From a virus, in the IMG/VR virus record IMGVR_UViG_3300008267_000003, positions 1-64,000 of that record: a DNA stretch of 64,000 nucleotides, one strand, 5' to 3'. Of the stretch, positions 6,542 to 15,149 are shown piece by piece. Position numbers and translations under genes: made by a program. The first letter of the stretch is position 1; each line of letters opens with the position of its first letter. Below the pieces are notes generated by a model, which was not told the origin of the DNA, searched no databases, and saw only the letters and a list, made by a program, of their open reading frames with translations.

Positions 6542-6979
6542 ATGCAAGTTAAAGGAACTAAAACTGAATTGTGTTTGAAAGAAGCGTTTGCTGGTGAGTC
6601 AAAAGCGAATCGTCGTTATTTGTACTTCGCAAACATGGCTGATATTGCTGGTGCAACAGACGTGGCTAATATCTTCCGTCACACGGCAGAAGGTGAAACC
6701 GGCCACGCTCATGGACATATGGAGTATCTTGTTGATGGTGGATCTGGTGATCCTGAAACTGGTCTTCCAGCAACTAACATTATTGAGGCACTAGAAAGCG
6801 CTATCAGTGGTGAGACCCATGAATACACTGATATGTACCCGGGTATGGCTAAGACAGCTCGTGATGAAGGGTTTGACGAGATTGCTGACTGGTTTGAGAC
6901 ACTTGCAAAAGCAGAACGTAGCCATGCAGGTAAATTCAAAAGAACATTGGATGCTTACAAAGCTGAACAGGGTCTGTAA
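6542..6979 (+). CDS. Rubrerythrin (short form, no rubredoxin domain)
   Basis: [44 protein letters not shown] di-iron ExxH motifs. Confidence 0.92.
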   Translation: MQVKGTKTELCLKEAFAGESKANRRYLYFANMADIAGATDVANIFRHTAEGETGHAHGHMEYLVDGGSGDPETGLPATNIIEALESAISGETHEYTDMYPGMAKTARDEGFDEIADWFETLAKAERSHAGKFKRTLDAYKAEQGL

Positions 6980-6981
6980 TT

Positions 6982-7389
6982 ATGCTAGAGTGTTTAATTA
7001 TTGGTGACAGTATTGGTGTTGGTATTAGTCAGGTACGTACAGAATGTTCTGCTATTGTGAAAAGTGGAATCAATTCCAGTACATGGAAAACCACCAACAT
7101 TAATAAATTGCAACCTGCTAAGGTTCTCATCATCAGTCTTGGTGCTAATGATCTGAAAGGTCATGATACCGAAGGTAATGTGAGAGAAGTTCGCAAAGCT
7201 GCTAAGGTTGATAAGGTATACTGGATTCTTCCAAACGAGAATCTCAAACCTAAAGCAGTTAGTGATGTAACCAAGGTTGCATCCGAGTTTGGTGATGTTA
7301 TAATTGAGAGACCTAAGACCGATATGAGTGCAGATAATGTACATCCTACCGGTAAGGGCTACAGGAAACTAGCTGAAAAAACCAAGTAG
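6982..7389 (+). CDS. SGNH/GDSL hydrolase
   Basis: IIGDSI block I, SLGAND block III, DNVHP block V. Confidence 0.85.
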   Translation: MLECLIIGDSIGVGISQVRTECSAIVKSGINSSTWKTTNINKLQPAKVLIISLGANDLKGHDTEGNVREVRKAAKVDKVYWILPNENLKPKAVSDVTKVASEFGDVIIERPKTDMSADNVHPTGKGYRKLAEKTK

Positions 7390-7421
7390 CTGTTGCCTGT
7401 TACAATGAGATAGTATAAGAT

Positions 7422-7455
7422 ACGGTGGATTACTCAAAGATCCACCGTTTTCTTT
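7422..7455 (+). terminator. Rho-independent terminator
   Basis: acggtggat...atccaccgt stem followed by a T-rich tract. Confidence 0.7.
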
Positions 7456-7457
7456 AT

Positions 7458-7465
7458 TATAAATA
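7458..7465 (+). promoter_or_regulatory. T4-type late promoter
   Basis: Exact TATAAATA upstream of the cell wall hydrolase gene. Confidence 0.75.
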
Positions 7466-7611
7466 ATTTTATCTACAATAGGATCCATTGGTCCAATACA
7501 CCATGAGTAGTACTTGATAGGAATGACATTGTGATTTTTAACAATCTAGTAACTGATAGTAGTACCTCTGTACCGCAACAAAATTCCATAAATTACAAAG
7601 AGGAAGTTAAC

Positions 7612-8127
7612 ATGAAAAAGATAGTGTTAATTACACTTCTTGGTCTGTGTTCACTTGTATTTGCAAGCAATCAACTAAATGATGTTGTAGCGCTCAATTC
7701 AGAGATCGCTCAAGAAGTAACAACCGTGTCCGAAAAGCAAATTGAGTGTTTAGCCAAGAATATGTACTTCGAAGCAAGGAACGAACCAGAAGCTGGTATT
7801 AAAGCTGTTGGGTTTGTTACCATGAACCGAGTACAAGATCCGCAATTCCCTAAATCCATATGTGAAGTTGTATATCAGCGCGTAGGATCAGTATGCCAGT
7901 TTTCCTGGGTATGCATCTATGGTAGGAATCCACAAATAAAGAATAGGGAGCAATATGACAGGATAAGATCTATGGCTAGAGATATCGCCACTTCTCATCC
8001 CGATAACCGTTCATATGATCCAAGCAAGGGTTCATTGTTCTTTCACGCCACTTACACAAGACCAGGTTGGAATCTAAGTAGGAAGATTCGTATTGGTCAA
8101 CATATTTTTTATTCGAGACATAAATGA
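7612..8127 (+). CDS. SleB-like cell wall hydrolase (Hydrolase_2) with signal peptide
   Basis: CLAKNMYFEARNEP, V.MNRV, PKSICEVVYQ, CQFSW, IG.HIFY; GAGG SD favours ATG 7612 (MKKIVL...) over GTG 7531. Confidence 0.88.
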   Translation: MKKIVLITLLGLCSLVFASNQLNDVVALNSEIAQEVTTVSEKQIECLAKNMYFEARNEPEAGIKAVGFVTMNRVQDPQFPKSICEVVYQRVGSVCQFSWVCIYGRNPQIKNREQYDRIRSMARDIATSHPDNRSYDPSKGSLFFHATYTRPGWNLSRKIRIGQHIFYSRHK

Positions 8128-8360
8128 TTCAAGATTTGAACTTCATCAGTATCATAGAATTTTCTAAAGAGATAGAAGATCTTGTAAAATATAAGAAAAT
8201 GGAGTATATTGATGCAGTAGTATATTTCTGTGAAAAGAATGGAGTGGATATTGAAACAGCCGCTTCGCTAATTAAAAGTAACTCAAAACTCAAGGCCTCT
8301 ATTCAGTTAGAGGCTGAGAGTCTCAACTACCTTCCAAAGACCAAACAACTACCTATATGA
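8124..8360 (+). CDS. 33: Late transcription coactivator gp33
   Basis: FSKEIE.LV, YIDAVVYFCEKNG, LK..IQ.EA..LNYL, LPI end; synteny with gp59/gp32. Confidence 0.88.
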   Translation: MIQDLNFISIIEFSKEIEDLVKYKKMEYIDAVVYFCEKNGVDIETAASLIKSNSKLKASIQLEAESLNYLPKTKQLPI

Positions 8361-8950
8361 CCGACTACGAAGCGTATAAACTTTACTGTGCGCTTAAGAG
8401 ACATTTTCAATCTGAGACCTACGATTTCTTTAAGTACAACGGTAAGGTAAGAGCATCCTACGGTGCATTTGACAAACGTAACGACAAGTACTTCTTTTCT
8501 AAACTAGCTAAACATAAAGACCCTGTTGGCTTTCTTGTTGCCAATCTGTATAATAACCAAGATATCTGGATTGGTGATCTAGTTAATGAAACCGCAACAG
8601 AAAGAAACTACCGTGACTGGTTAAAGAAGAAACAATCACTCACATACTTCTTTCGCGGTGACCTTGATAACATTGATAACCTTAAGGAAGAGTACAAAGT
8701 TAGAAATGGCCAACACCCAGTATTGTTTCAGCGTTATTTGGGTAAGCAGATAATTCCAGAAACATTGATCATTATTGATAAGCTGAACAAAGGATGTGTA
8801 TTCAAGTATTGGAATGATAGTCTTAGCGATCCAATATGGAAAGTTGAATACAATAAATTAATCAAGCTTGCACCGTTTATTGATGTCGATATAGATAAAT
8901 ACAAAGGTATACTAGAAGACCAGCAACATAAGGATTCTGTTGTACACTAG
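8357..8950 (+). CDS. 59: Helicase loader gp59
   Basis: YK.Y.ALK.HF..YDFFKYNGK, F.KRNDKYFF.KL, ETLII motifs. Confidence 0.9.
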   Translation: MTDYEAYKLYCALKRHFQSETYDFFKYNGKVRASYGAFDKRNDKYFFSKLAKHKDPVGFLVANLYNNQDIWIGDLVNETATERNYRDWLKKKQSLTYFFRGDLDNIDNLKEEYKVRNGQHPVLFQRYLGKQIIPETLIIIDKLNKGCVFKYWNDSLSDPIWKVEYNKLIKLAPFIDVDIDKYKGILEDQQHKDSVVH

Positions 8951-9005
8951 ATTATGATATATTGGACACGATAATACACATATACATTTACACAAGGAGC
9001 ATACG

Positions 9006-9929
9006 ATGTCTTTCGCAAATCTCAAGAAGTCTTCCAAGTCCAGCCTGGACAAAATTAATCAACAAGTAACAAAACTAGCAGCGCCTGAAGGCGAAGGTCG
9101 CCAACAGGATACTCGCTTCTGGCAGCCAGAAGTAGATAAGTCTGGTAATGGCTTTGCTGTTATTCGTTTCCTCCCATCCCCTGATGGTGAGGATGTTCCA
9201 TTCGTTCGTATCTTTGATCACGGATTCCAAGGTCCTGGTGGCCAGTGGTATATTGAGAAATCTCTTACTACTATTGGACAAGCAGATCCTGTATCTGAAT
9301 ACAATAGCCAACTTTGGGCTACTAAGCTCCAGGCTAATCAAGATCAGGTTCGTAAACAAAAGCGTAAGCTAAACTTTATCTCCAACATCTATGTTGTCAG
9401 CGATAAGGCTCATCCAGAGAATGAGGGTAAGGTGTTTCTCTACAAGTACGGTAAGAAAATATTTGACAAGTTGAATGCTGCTATGAATCCTGAGTTTGAG
9501 GATGAGGAGCCAATCAACCCATTTGATTTCTGGAACGGTGCTAACTTCAAGTTGAAGATTCGTAATGTTGAGGGTTATCGCAACTACGATAAATCAGAAT
9601 TTGAAGCTCCAGCTCCTCTACTGGATAGTGATGAGGATATGGAGGCAATCTGGAAGCAAGAGCACTCTCTACAAGAGTTCCTCAGCCCTAAGCACTACAA
9701 ATCCTATGATGAGTTGAAACAAAAGCTCTATCGCGTACTAGCTCTTGATGGTGGTGCTAAGCAGATTCAGAATGCTGTCAGCCGTAATATTACGGAAGAT
9801 GAGGATGAAGAGTTTGAGCAGATGAAACCACAGAAGCAAGCTAAACCAGCTACTAAGAAGCAAGAAGCTGCACCGTGGGATGATGGTGATGATGATTTAG
9901 CTAAGTTCAAAGAACTGTTGGATGATTAA
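9006..9929 (+). CDS. 32: Single-stranded DNA-binding protein gp32
   Basis: DKSGNG.AVIRFLP, HGFQG.GG.WYIE, P.NEGKVFLYKYGKKIFDK, GANFKLK, NYD.SEF; acidic tail. Confidence 0.96.
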   Translation: MSFANLKKSSKSSLDKINQQVTKLAAPEGEGRQQDTRFWQPEVDKSGNGFAVIRFLPSPDGEDVPFVRIFDHGFQGPGGQWYIEKSLTTIGQADPVSEYNSQLWATKLQANQDQVRKQKRKLNFISNIYVVSDKAHPENEGKVFLYKYGKKIFDKLNAAMNPEFEDEEPINPFDFWNGANFKLKIRNVEGYRNYDKSEFEAPAPLLDSDEDMEAIWKQEHSLQEFLSPKHYKSYDELKQKLYRVLALDGGAKQIQNAVSRNITEDEDEEFEQMKPQKQAKPATKKQEAAPWDDGDDDLAKFKELLDD

Positions 9930-9930
9930 T

Positions 9931-9957
9931 AAGAAAGGGGCCTAGGCCCCTTTTTTT
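9931..9957. terminator. Bidirectional terminator
   Basis: Palindrome aaaggggcctaggccccttt with A and T tracts, between convergent genes. Confidence 0.88.
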
Positions 9958-12436
9958 ATGTTCCTGCCATCTTAATGAAGTCGGTAACAAGGTCGTTGTT
10001 AGGTCTAACGCTATTAATACTTGCACTACCACCTCCGCCACCACCGTTGGTGTTGTTGACGTTTGTAGTGTTGTAGGTTACGTTAATATTCTTAGCTGGT
10101 CCTTTCTTATCTTCACCAGGGCCACCAAGTACCGATGTCATGTTACGTAGATCACTTACTATATTCGATTTGAGTTCTGATCCATCTTTGAAAGCACCCA
10201 TTAATCCCTGTACAGCACCTTCGCTGAAGAATTTCATTTTTGTCTTTTCTTCTTTTGCATCTTCGCCACGTCGTTGCTCCAGTTCTTTATAACCTTGTTC
10301 TCTTGCGGCGCTATACGCTTGCATATACACTGAAGAATAGTTGGAGAGATTGGAGGTAACACTATCCATCATACCAGTTGAGTATCCACCAGGGCCAGCG
10401 TACAGCTTTGCCCTACCCCTGGCAGAGCTCTGGAGATGAGGACTGTATTTTTTATCACCACTCTCTGTGGTATAATACTGACCCCAGTTTTCCATATATT
10501 TTGCAACACCCTGGACATTTCCGCTGATAACCATTTGTTTAAGCTGAGGTGTTAAGCTGGAAGGATTCATGAAGGACATATCAGCAAGAGCTAATTGCTG
10601 ATCTTTTGTCAACTTGTCAAAAACATCTGCACCAATGAAATTTCTAGCATATCCAAAATGCTTTTTATGATCCTGCTCATACAACTTCATTACCTGCTCT
10701 TTTGTTAGCTGTTTAGGACCTTGCTCCGATACGCTTTGATCTTTTACATTACGTAGGTCAAGAGGAACAAGTTTACCGTCAATAAACACTCCACCAGCTT
10801 TTACCTCATCCGGTGTCAGTTTATGACCTATACCAATGGTTGGCTCTCCACCCTCAGCGCTTCGATATGGATTCTGCCTAATACCTTCTCGCTCACCTCT
10901 GTTGAGTATTTTTCGAATATCTGGATCATTTATATTCACACCATCCATATTCATATTGGGTACCACTTCATTAGCCTGAGTTTTTTCTCCTCTACGCTGT
11001 TTTCTAAGATCTCTCAGCTGTTCAACCGTTGTAGTTCCAGTAACAGTCTGTCTATCAAGACTTTCAGGTCTTTTTGGTGCCATACCAAGAAACTCAGCAG
11101 CTTTGTGAAGTGGCTGACCTATGAACTCACCCATTTTAGTTCCAGCAAGTGCTCCAAGAGAACCACTACCAAAAGTTGCAACCCTACCGCCACCCATTCC
11201 TCTTGTTGCGTACATTGCTAAGGTACTAAGAAGAGCACTAGAGGTCAAGCTTGCGGCTGCCATAGTCTTACCAGTACTCAGAAAATATTCCTTTTCCTGG
11301 GCAGTAATTAAATTCTCTCGCTCCATTTTGGATAGTATCTGCTCAATCATAGAAACATCCCAGAGATACATTGCTGCTGGAACTACCACTCCAATCACGT
11401 TAGCAATTTTATGATCAAAAACAAACTTTAAAAAATTAGCAGCTTTTGAACCACCACTTTTTTCAGCTTCAACAATAATCCTTGCTCCAACCAGATTTCC
11501 GGGCTTATCACTTAAACCATTTTTTGCTATCAGCTCGTATGTCTTTTTAATATCATCTGTTATAACAATTACAGGCCCGGACACACCCCTTGGTAACTGC
11601 CCACCCTTGACAAGATCGTACGCGCCTTTACCAGCAAGAACAGCTCCACCTGCAGTTATTACGTCACCTACATTTAAGCCACCCAGATTAACGTTTGGAG
11701 TTATCTTTTCTATAGCCCTCTTTCCAGCACCAACAAAATCTCCTATATCCTCCAATGAATCTTTCAGAGGACTAATGCTTTTTTCAATACTACCTACCAT
11801 GTCCTCCATAGCACGATTCATTACAGCGCCGACACCAGCAAAAGTGGCACTCATTTCAACACTGATATCCTGAAATAGGGATTTGATTGTTTCTCCTATC
11901 TTAGCAAAGAAAGGTTTTAGAGTATCAAAAATTCTGAGAAACATCCCACCAATAGCGTTGGTAAGTTTATTCTTGGTATCGGATGTTAAATTATCCCATA
12001 TAAACGCCTTGCCAAGAACACCAATAAGCGCTACCGGTAATACTCTACCCAGCACTGACATGATAGAGGATGTTAGATTAACAGTAGCACCAGCAGTAGC
12101 TGTAACTCCTCTACCAGCTAGACTGGCAGCGCCCCCAACACCTCTGCCAATAGCGGAAGTCAAGCTACCAATTGATCTAGTAATAGAAGAGGACAAAGAG
12201 CGAATGTCTCGAGACATCTCTCTTGTTTGTCTGACAACAGCTTGCTGCTCTCTTAGGTTTTGAGTAGCAACTCTTGTCTGGGTATTTGTAGCTGCTACAA
12301 CGGAGTTCAACGTTCTTGTCATCAATGAGAACTGTTGCTTCTGCTCATTACCCTGACGCAATTGTTGTATGCGCGCCGCGCGCATCTCTCTTAGTTGCTC
12401 AATGTAAGATACATTAGCTTTTTCTTCAGCTGCCAT
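9956..12436 (-). CDS. Tape-measure/baseplate-hub-like protein with a GH24 lysozyme-like domain
   Basis: Long helical Ala/Gly-rich protein after gp26/gp51; EGIRQNPYRS...PTIGIGH and LT.DQQLALADMSF motifs. Confidence 0.65.
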   Translation of the reverse strand: MAAEEKANVSYIEQLREMRAARIQQLRQGNEQKQQFSLMTRTLNSVVAATNTQTRVATQNLREQQAVVRQTREMSRDIRSLSSSITRSIGSLTSAIGRGVGGAASLAGRGVTATAGATVNLTSSIMSVLGRVLPVALIGVLGKAFIWDNLTSDTKNKLTNAIGGMFLRIFDTLKPFFAKIGETIKSLFQDISVEMSATFAGVGAVMNRAMEDMVGSIEKSISPLKDSLEDIGDFVGAGKRAIEKITPNVNLGGLNVGDVITAGGAVLAGKGAYDLVKGGQLPRGVSGPVIVITDDIKKTYELIAKNGLSDKPGNLVGARIIVEAEKSGGSKAANFLKFVFDHKIANVIGVVVPAAMYLWDVSMIEQILSKMERENLITAQEKEYFLSTGKTMAAASLTSSALLSTLAMYATRGMGGGRVATFGSGSLGALAGTKMGEFIGQPLHKAAEFLGMAPKRPESLDRQTVTGTTTVEQLRDLRKQRRGEKTQANEVVPNMNMDGVNINDPDIRKILNRGEREGIRQNPYRSAEGGEPTIGIGHKLTPDEVKAGGVFIDGKLVPLDLRNVKDQSVSEQGPKQLTKEQVMKLYEQDHKKHFGYARNFIGADVFDKLTKDQQLALADMSFMNPSSLTPQLKQMVISGNVQGVAKYMENWGQYYTTESGDKKYSPHLQSSARGRAKLYAGPGGYSTGMMDSVTSNLSNYSSVYMQAYSAAREQGYKELEQRRGEDAKEEKTKMKFFSEGAVQGLMGAFKDGSELKSNIVSDLRNMTSVLGGPGEDKKGPAKNINVTYNTTNVNNTNGGGGGGSASINSVRPNNDLVTDFIKMAGT

Positions 12437-12617
12437 TCTTAGACGCTTCCTCTTGTTGTTTAATTAAATCTCTTAACAGTTGAATATAAATATCTCTCTC
12501 AAAAGGTATCAGATTTTCAACTTCAGATATTTGGTAGTGGTGGTGCTGAGCCAACGCGAAAACAACTTGGTAGTAATTTTCAAGAGTGTTATGACTCAGC
12601 CCAAGATAAAAAAATCT
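12426..12617 (-). CDS. 51: gp51-like ORF without an ATG, probably expressed by -1 frameshift from the gp26-like gene
   Basis: LSHNTLENYYQVVFALAQHHHYQISEVENLIPFERDIYIQLL; frame opens right at the T7 run; no ATG in the frame. Confidence 0.8.
   Translation of the reverse strand, partial: RFFYLGLSHNTLENYYQVVFALAQHHHYQISEVENLIPFERDIYIQLLRDLIKQQEEASKNGS
12545..12614 (-). promoter_or_regulatory. Putative -1 programmed ribosomal frameshift signal
   Basis: In-frame T TTT TTT (12614-12608), 7-nt spacer, stem GCTGAGTCA/TGGCTCAGC (12600-12545). Confidence 0.7.
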
Positions 12618-13306
12618 TCAATTGTTCTTAGCTCAATAGTTCTTTCAGTTCCCTTTTTATTAACATACTCAATTTTGTAATACATTTTAGGCATTGTATT
12701 AAAGAACTCTTCAAACTGCTTCAATACGCTGACTGGAAGGTTCTCAATGAATACATCCATCTCTTCCTTCTTTATATCGGATAATTCACTGATGTTGTCC
12801 CCATCAAAGTAGTTCTCCATACAACCTCTAATCATATGGAACAGAACATTGGTTATATCAGTTTCTTGAACAACCTGAGCCATTAGCGAGGCTGTTGGGT
12901 ATCTCATTGTAATACCACTTGTTTCAGAGATGTTAATTACGTTAGTATGCTTTTCATCCTCAATGATTTTAATATCTTCAACATCAACGTCAAACTTGTA
13001 GACCTCTTCATCCTCCAAGTCCGTGTAACTTAGCTCAATAACATTGTTAACTGATTTACCACGCAGTCTTAAAAATAGATACTCCAAATCAAATGAAGCA
13101 AGTTTGTTGGTATCAACTACTCCATCCACATCGCAGTTCGAGATAACTTGTTTTAATACATTAATAACATCAGCCTTATCATCACTTTCTTTTGCCATTA
13201 GAAGGATCTTTTCCTCTTTGACTAGAAACGGGCGAAATCTGACTTTTTGTTTTGTTGAGGGTACTACCATCTCAAATGTTGGATGCATCAATTTAGGCAA
13301 ACTCAT
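12596..13306 (-). CDS. 26: Baseplate hub assembly protein, gp26-like
   Basis: MSLPK...P.FE..VPST...FRPFLVKEEKILLMA, FDLEYLFL.LR.KSV, MRYPT, FF.TMPK. Confidence 0.88.
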   Translation of the reverse strand: MSLPKLMHPTFEMVVPSTKQKVRFRPFLVKEEKILLMAKESDDKADVINVLKQVISNCDVDGVVDTNKLASFDLEYLFLRLRGKSVNNVIELSYTDLEDEEVYKFDVDVEDIKIIEDEKHTNVINISETSGITMRYPTASLMAQVVQETDITNVLFHMIRGCMENYFDGDNISELSDIKKEEMDVFIENLPVSVLKQFEEFFNTMPKMYYKIEYVNKKGTERTIELRTIEDFFILG

Positions 13307-13351
13307 AACTACTCCTTAATAAAATAAAATAGTAAACTATAATTCAAATGT

Positions 13352-14164
13352 TCAACGTCCAAAGTTTGAGCTGTTTCTCACTGTTAGACTTGTGGCTGCT
13401 GATGTACTCTCTCCCTCTTCACTCTTAGGTGCTGTCGTATACCAATCACGGTAAGAGAAATTCACAGTGAATTCAGCAATCACATTACTTGCTTCACTGG
13501 ATAGAGTTATCTCACTCATTGAATTTGGATATGCATCAATTAAAACAACCCTTGATGCTTCTTCAAGATTTGATTCTTTGATAAAAGCAGAACTGAATAG
13601 AGAACCTATAAATGGTGTTTGGGTTGCAGTGGAGATAGCAGCAATAGCTCCTTGAGCTAAATCTTTAACACCTATCCCAAGAAATTTTTTACTAGCGTAT
13701 TGATCTTTCTTGCCTTTAAGAAGCACGATGTTTATGTCTGTTTGGTAGGAGCTTTTATATCTTAGTTGGTGAAACCTGTCCTGGCCCGGTACAAATCTAT
13801 CATGGCTGAAAGAGTAAATAGCACCAATCCAATATTGATAGAACATACGAAGTATCTGCTCACTATCGGAAAGGAATGTCATACTAACATCACCGTAGGT
13901 ACCGCCAACCGGCATTTTAATATTAGGACCTATCCCAAACCTTTTGTTATCATTTAAGTTTAATGAGAAAGAAGGCATGGAAACATTCTTGCAGAAATGA
14001 GTAAGAAGTCTTCCACTATCTGTACTACAGTACAAATCTAGATATCCATCAAGAACAGTTTGATCAGCAAATACCTTAGGTCGTCCAAACTCAACTAAAT
14101 ATAAATTTGGACGCTGTAAATCGTGTTTGTTAACCGATGCTTTGAATTGGTTGATGTTGAGCAT
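13352..14164 (-). CDS. Tail tube initiator gp54-like (tail-tube fold)
   Basis: LQRPNLY.V, C..V.MP, Y.DV.MTF, AYP.SMS...LS, FTV.FSY; position next to gp2. Confidence 0.7.
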   Translation of the reverse strand: MLNINQFKASVNKHDLQRPNLYLVEFGRPKVFADQTVLDGYLDLYCSTDSGRLLTHFCKNVSMPSFSLNLNDNKRFGIGPNIKMPVGGTYGDVSMTFLSDSEQILRMFYQYWIGAIYSFSHDRFVPGQDRFHQLRYKSSYQTDINIVLLKGKKDQYASKKFLGIGVKDLAQGAIAAISTATQTPFIGSLFSSAFIKESNLEEASRVVLIDAYPNSMSEITLSSEASNVIAEFTVNFSYRDWYTTAPKSEEGESTSAATSLTVRNSSNFGR

Positions 14165-14166
14165 TG

Positions 14167-14703
14167 TTACTTTCTGTATACAAAATCATCAAGTGGAAGC
14201 ATGAGAGCCTTAGCCCACTCGGAAGGACTTATCTGGAGAAATCTAGATCTTACATGGCTATTTAGGTACCTTTTCACACATGGTTCAAACAGCTTTGCTT
14301 TTGATACAGACTTCAAAAGTCTATAGTTTAAATTGAGTCTAGCGTCGTTACTCAATCCCTTGTCATTCACAAGACTCATTAAATTATCAAGTAACCGTGC
14401 TCTTTGCATATATGGTATATAATGAAAGTTCAATCCGTAGAATCCACTTTCAGCGTGGTCAAAGGGAAATATTAATGGGAACCTATCATATAGCGGAAGA
14501 GTCTTTTTATGTTTGGGATCATAGTGAAACAGATACATCTTACCAATTTGAATACCGGATTTCAGTCCAGATTTGGCATTATCTATGATTGAATCGGTAG
14601 GGCGGCTGACATTTTTAAAGGTATCCTCAAACCACTTGGACGCATCGACAATCTGACCCTTAGATATAGACTGCTTGAGCATTTGTTCGTATGTTATTGC
14701 CAT
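14167..14703 (-). CDS. 2: DNA end protector protein gp2
   Basis: GKMYLF.YDPKHK.TLP.YD.FPL, G.N.HY, CVKRYL.SHV.S. Confidence 0.9.
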   Translation of the reverse strand: MAITYEQMLKQSISKGQIVDASKWFEDTFKNVSRPTDSIIDNAKSGLKSGIQIGKMYLFHYDPKHKKTLPLYDRFPLIFPFDHAESGFYGLNFHYIPYMQRARLLDNLMSLVNDKGLSNDARLNLNYRLLKSVSKAKLFEPCVKRYLNSHVRSRFLQISPSEWAKALMLPLDDFVYRK

Positions 14704-15140
14704 TACTTTATTCCTAGGTCATCTTCCGTTAAAATTTGAAACGTCCATTTTCTCTCCTCGCAAAAATGCTTTGCATACTTCCATTTAGAGCTATTTATTC
14801 CCCACCTCTTAACTTCATTAATATATGCTTTAGTTGGTTTGGTTTTAATCTTTGGTGGTGTAGTTTGACTCTTAGGTTTTATTTCTATAACTACAGTTTC
14901 CAGCAGACCATCTTTGTTTCTTTTTTTCACCCAAAAATCAGGGAAATATCTGTGGACCCTATTATCTATGGGCGATAAATAAGGTATTGAGAATTCTTCG
15001 CTAGCCCACTCTACAACATCCGGATGCGCATCCAAATAGCTCATGAATTTACACTCCCAAAGAGAGCGATAAATAATATTAGAGGAATCCCCTTTATACT
15101 TTTTTGGATTTCTAGGTTTGAATATTCCGGAATAACTCAT
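14703..15140 (-). CDS. 4: Head completion nuclease gp4
   Basis: MSYSG.FKP.NP.KYKGD...YRS.WE, WASEE..IPY.SP.D...HRYFPDF, IEIKP; start reassigned to 15140. Confidence 0.93.
   Translation of the reverse strand: MSYSGIFKPRNPKKYKGDSSNIIYRSLWECKFMSYLDAHPDVVEWASEEFSIPYLSPIDNRVHRYFPDFWVKKRNKDGLLETVVIEIKPKSQTTPPKIKTKPTKAYINEVKRWGINSSKWKYAKHFCEERKWTFQILTEDDLGIK
15068..15075 (+). promoter_or_regulatory. Candidate late promoter for the baseplate operon
   Basis: GATAAATA 74 nt upstream of the ATG at 15150; a second copy at 14974-14981. Confidence 0.45.
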
Positions 15141-15149
15141 AGGATTTAA

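Noticed and set aside
9006-9929. gp32 lacks the Cys zinc ligands of T4 gp32
   Set aside because: Zinc-free gp32 variants are common among non-enteric T4-like phages
12480-12680. 66-aa plus-strand ORF in the track
   Set aside because: Antisense to the gp26/gp51 junction; the minus-strand frames carry the conserved motifs
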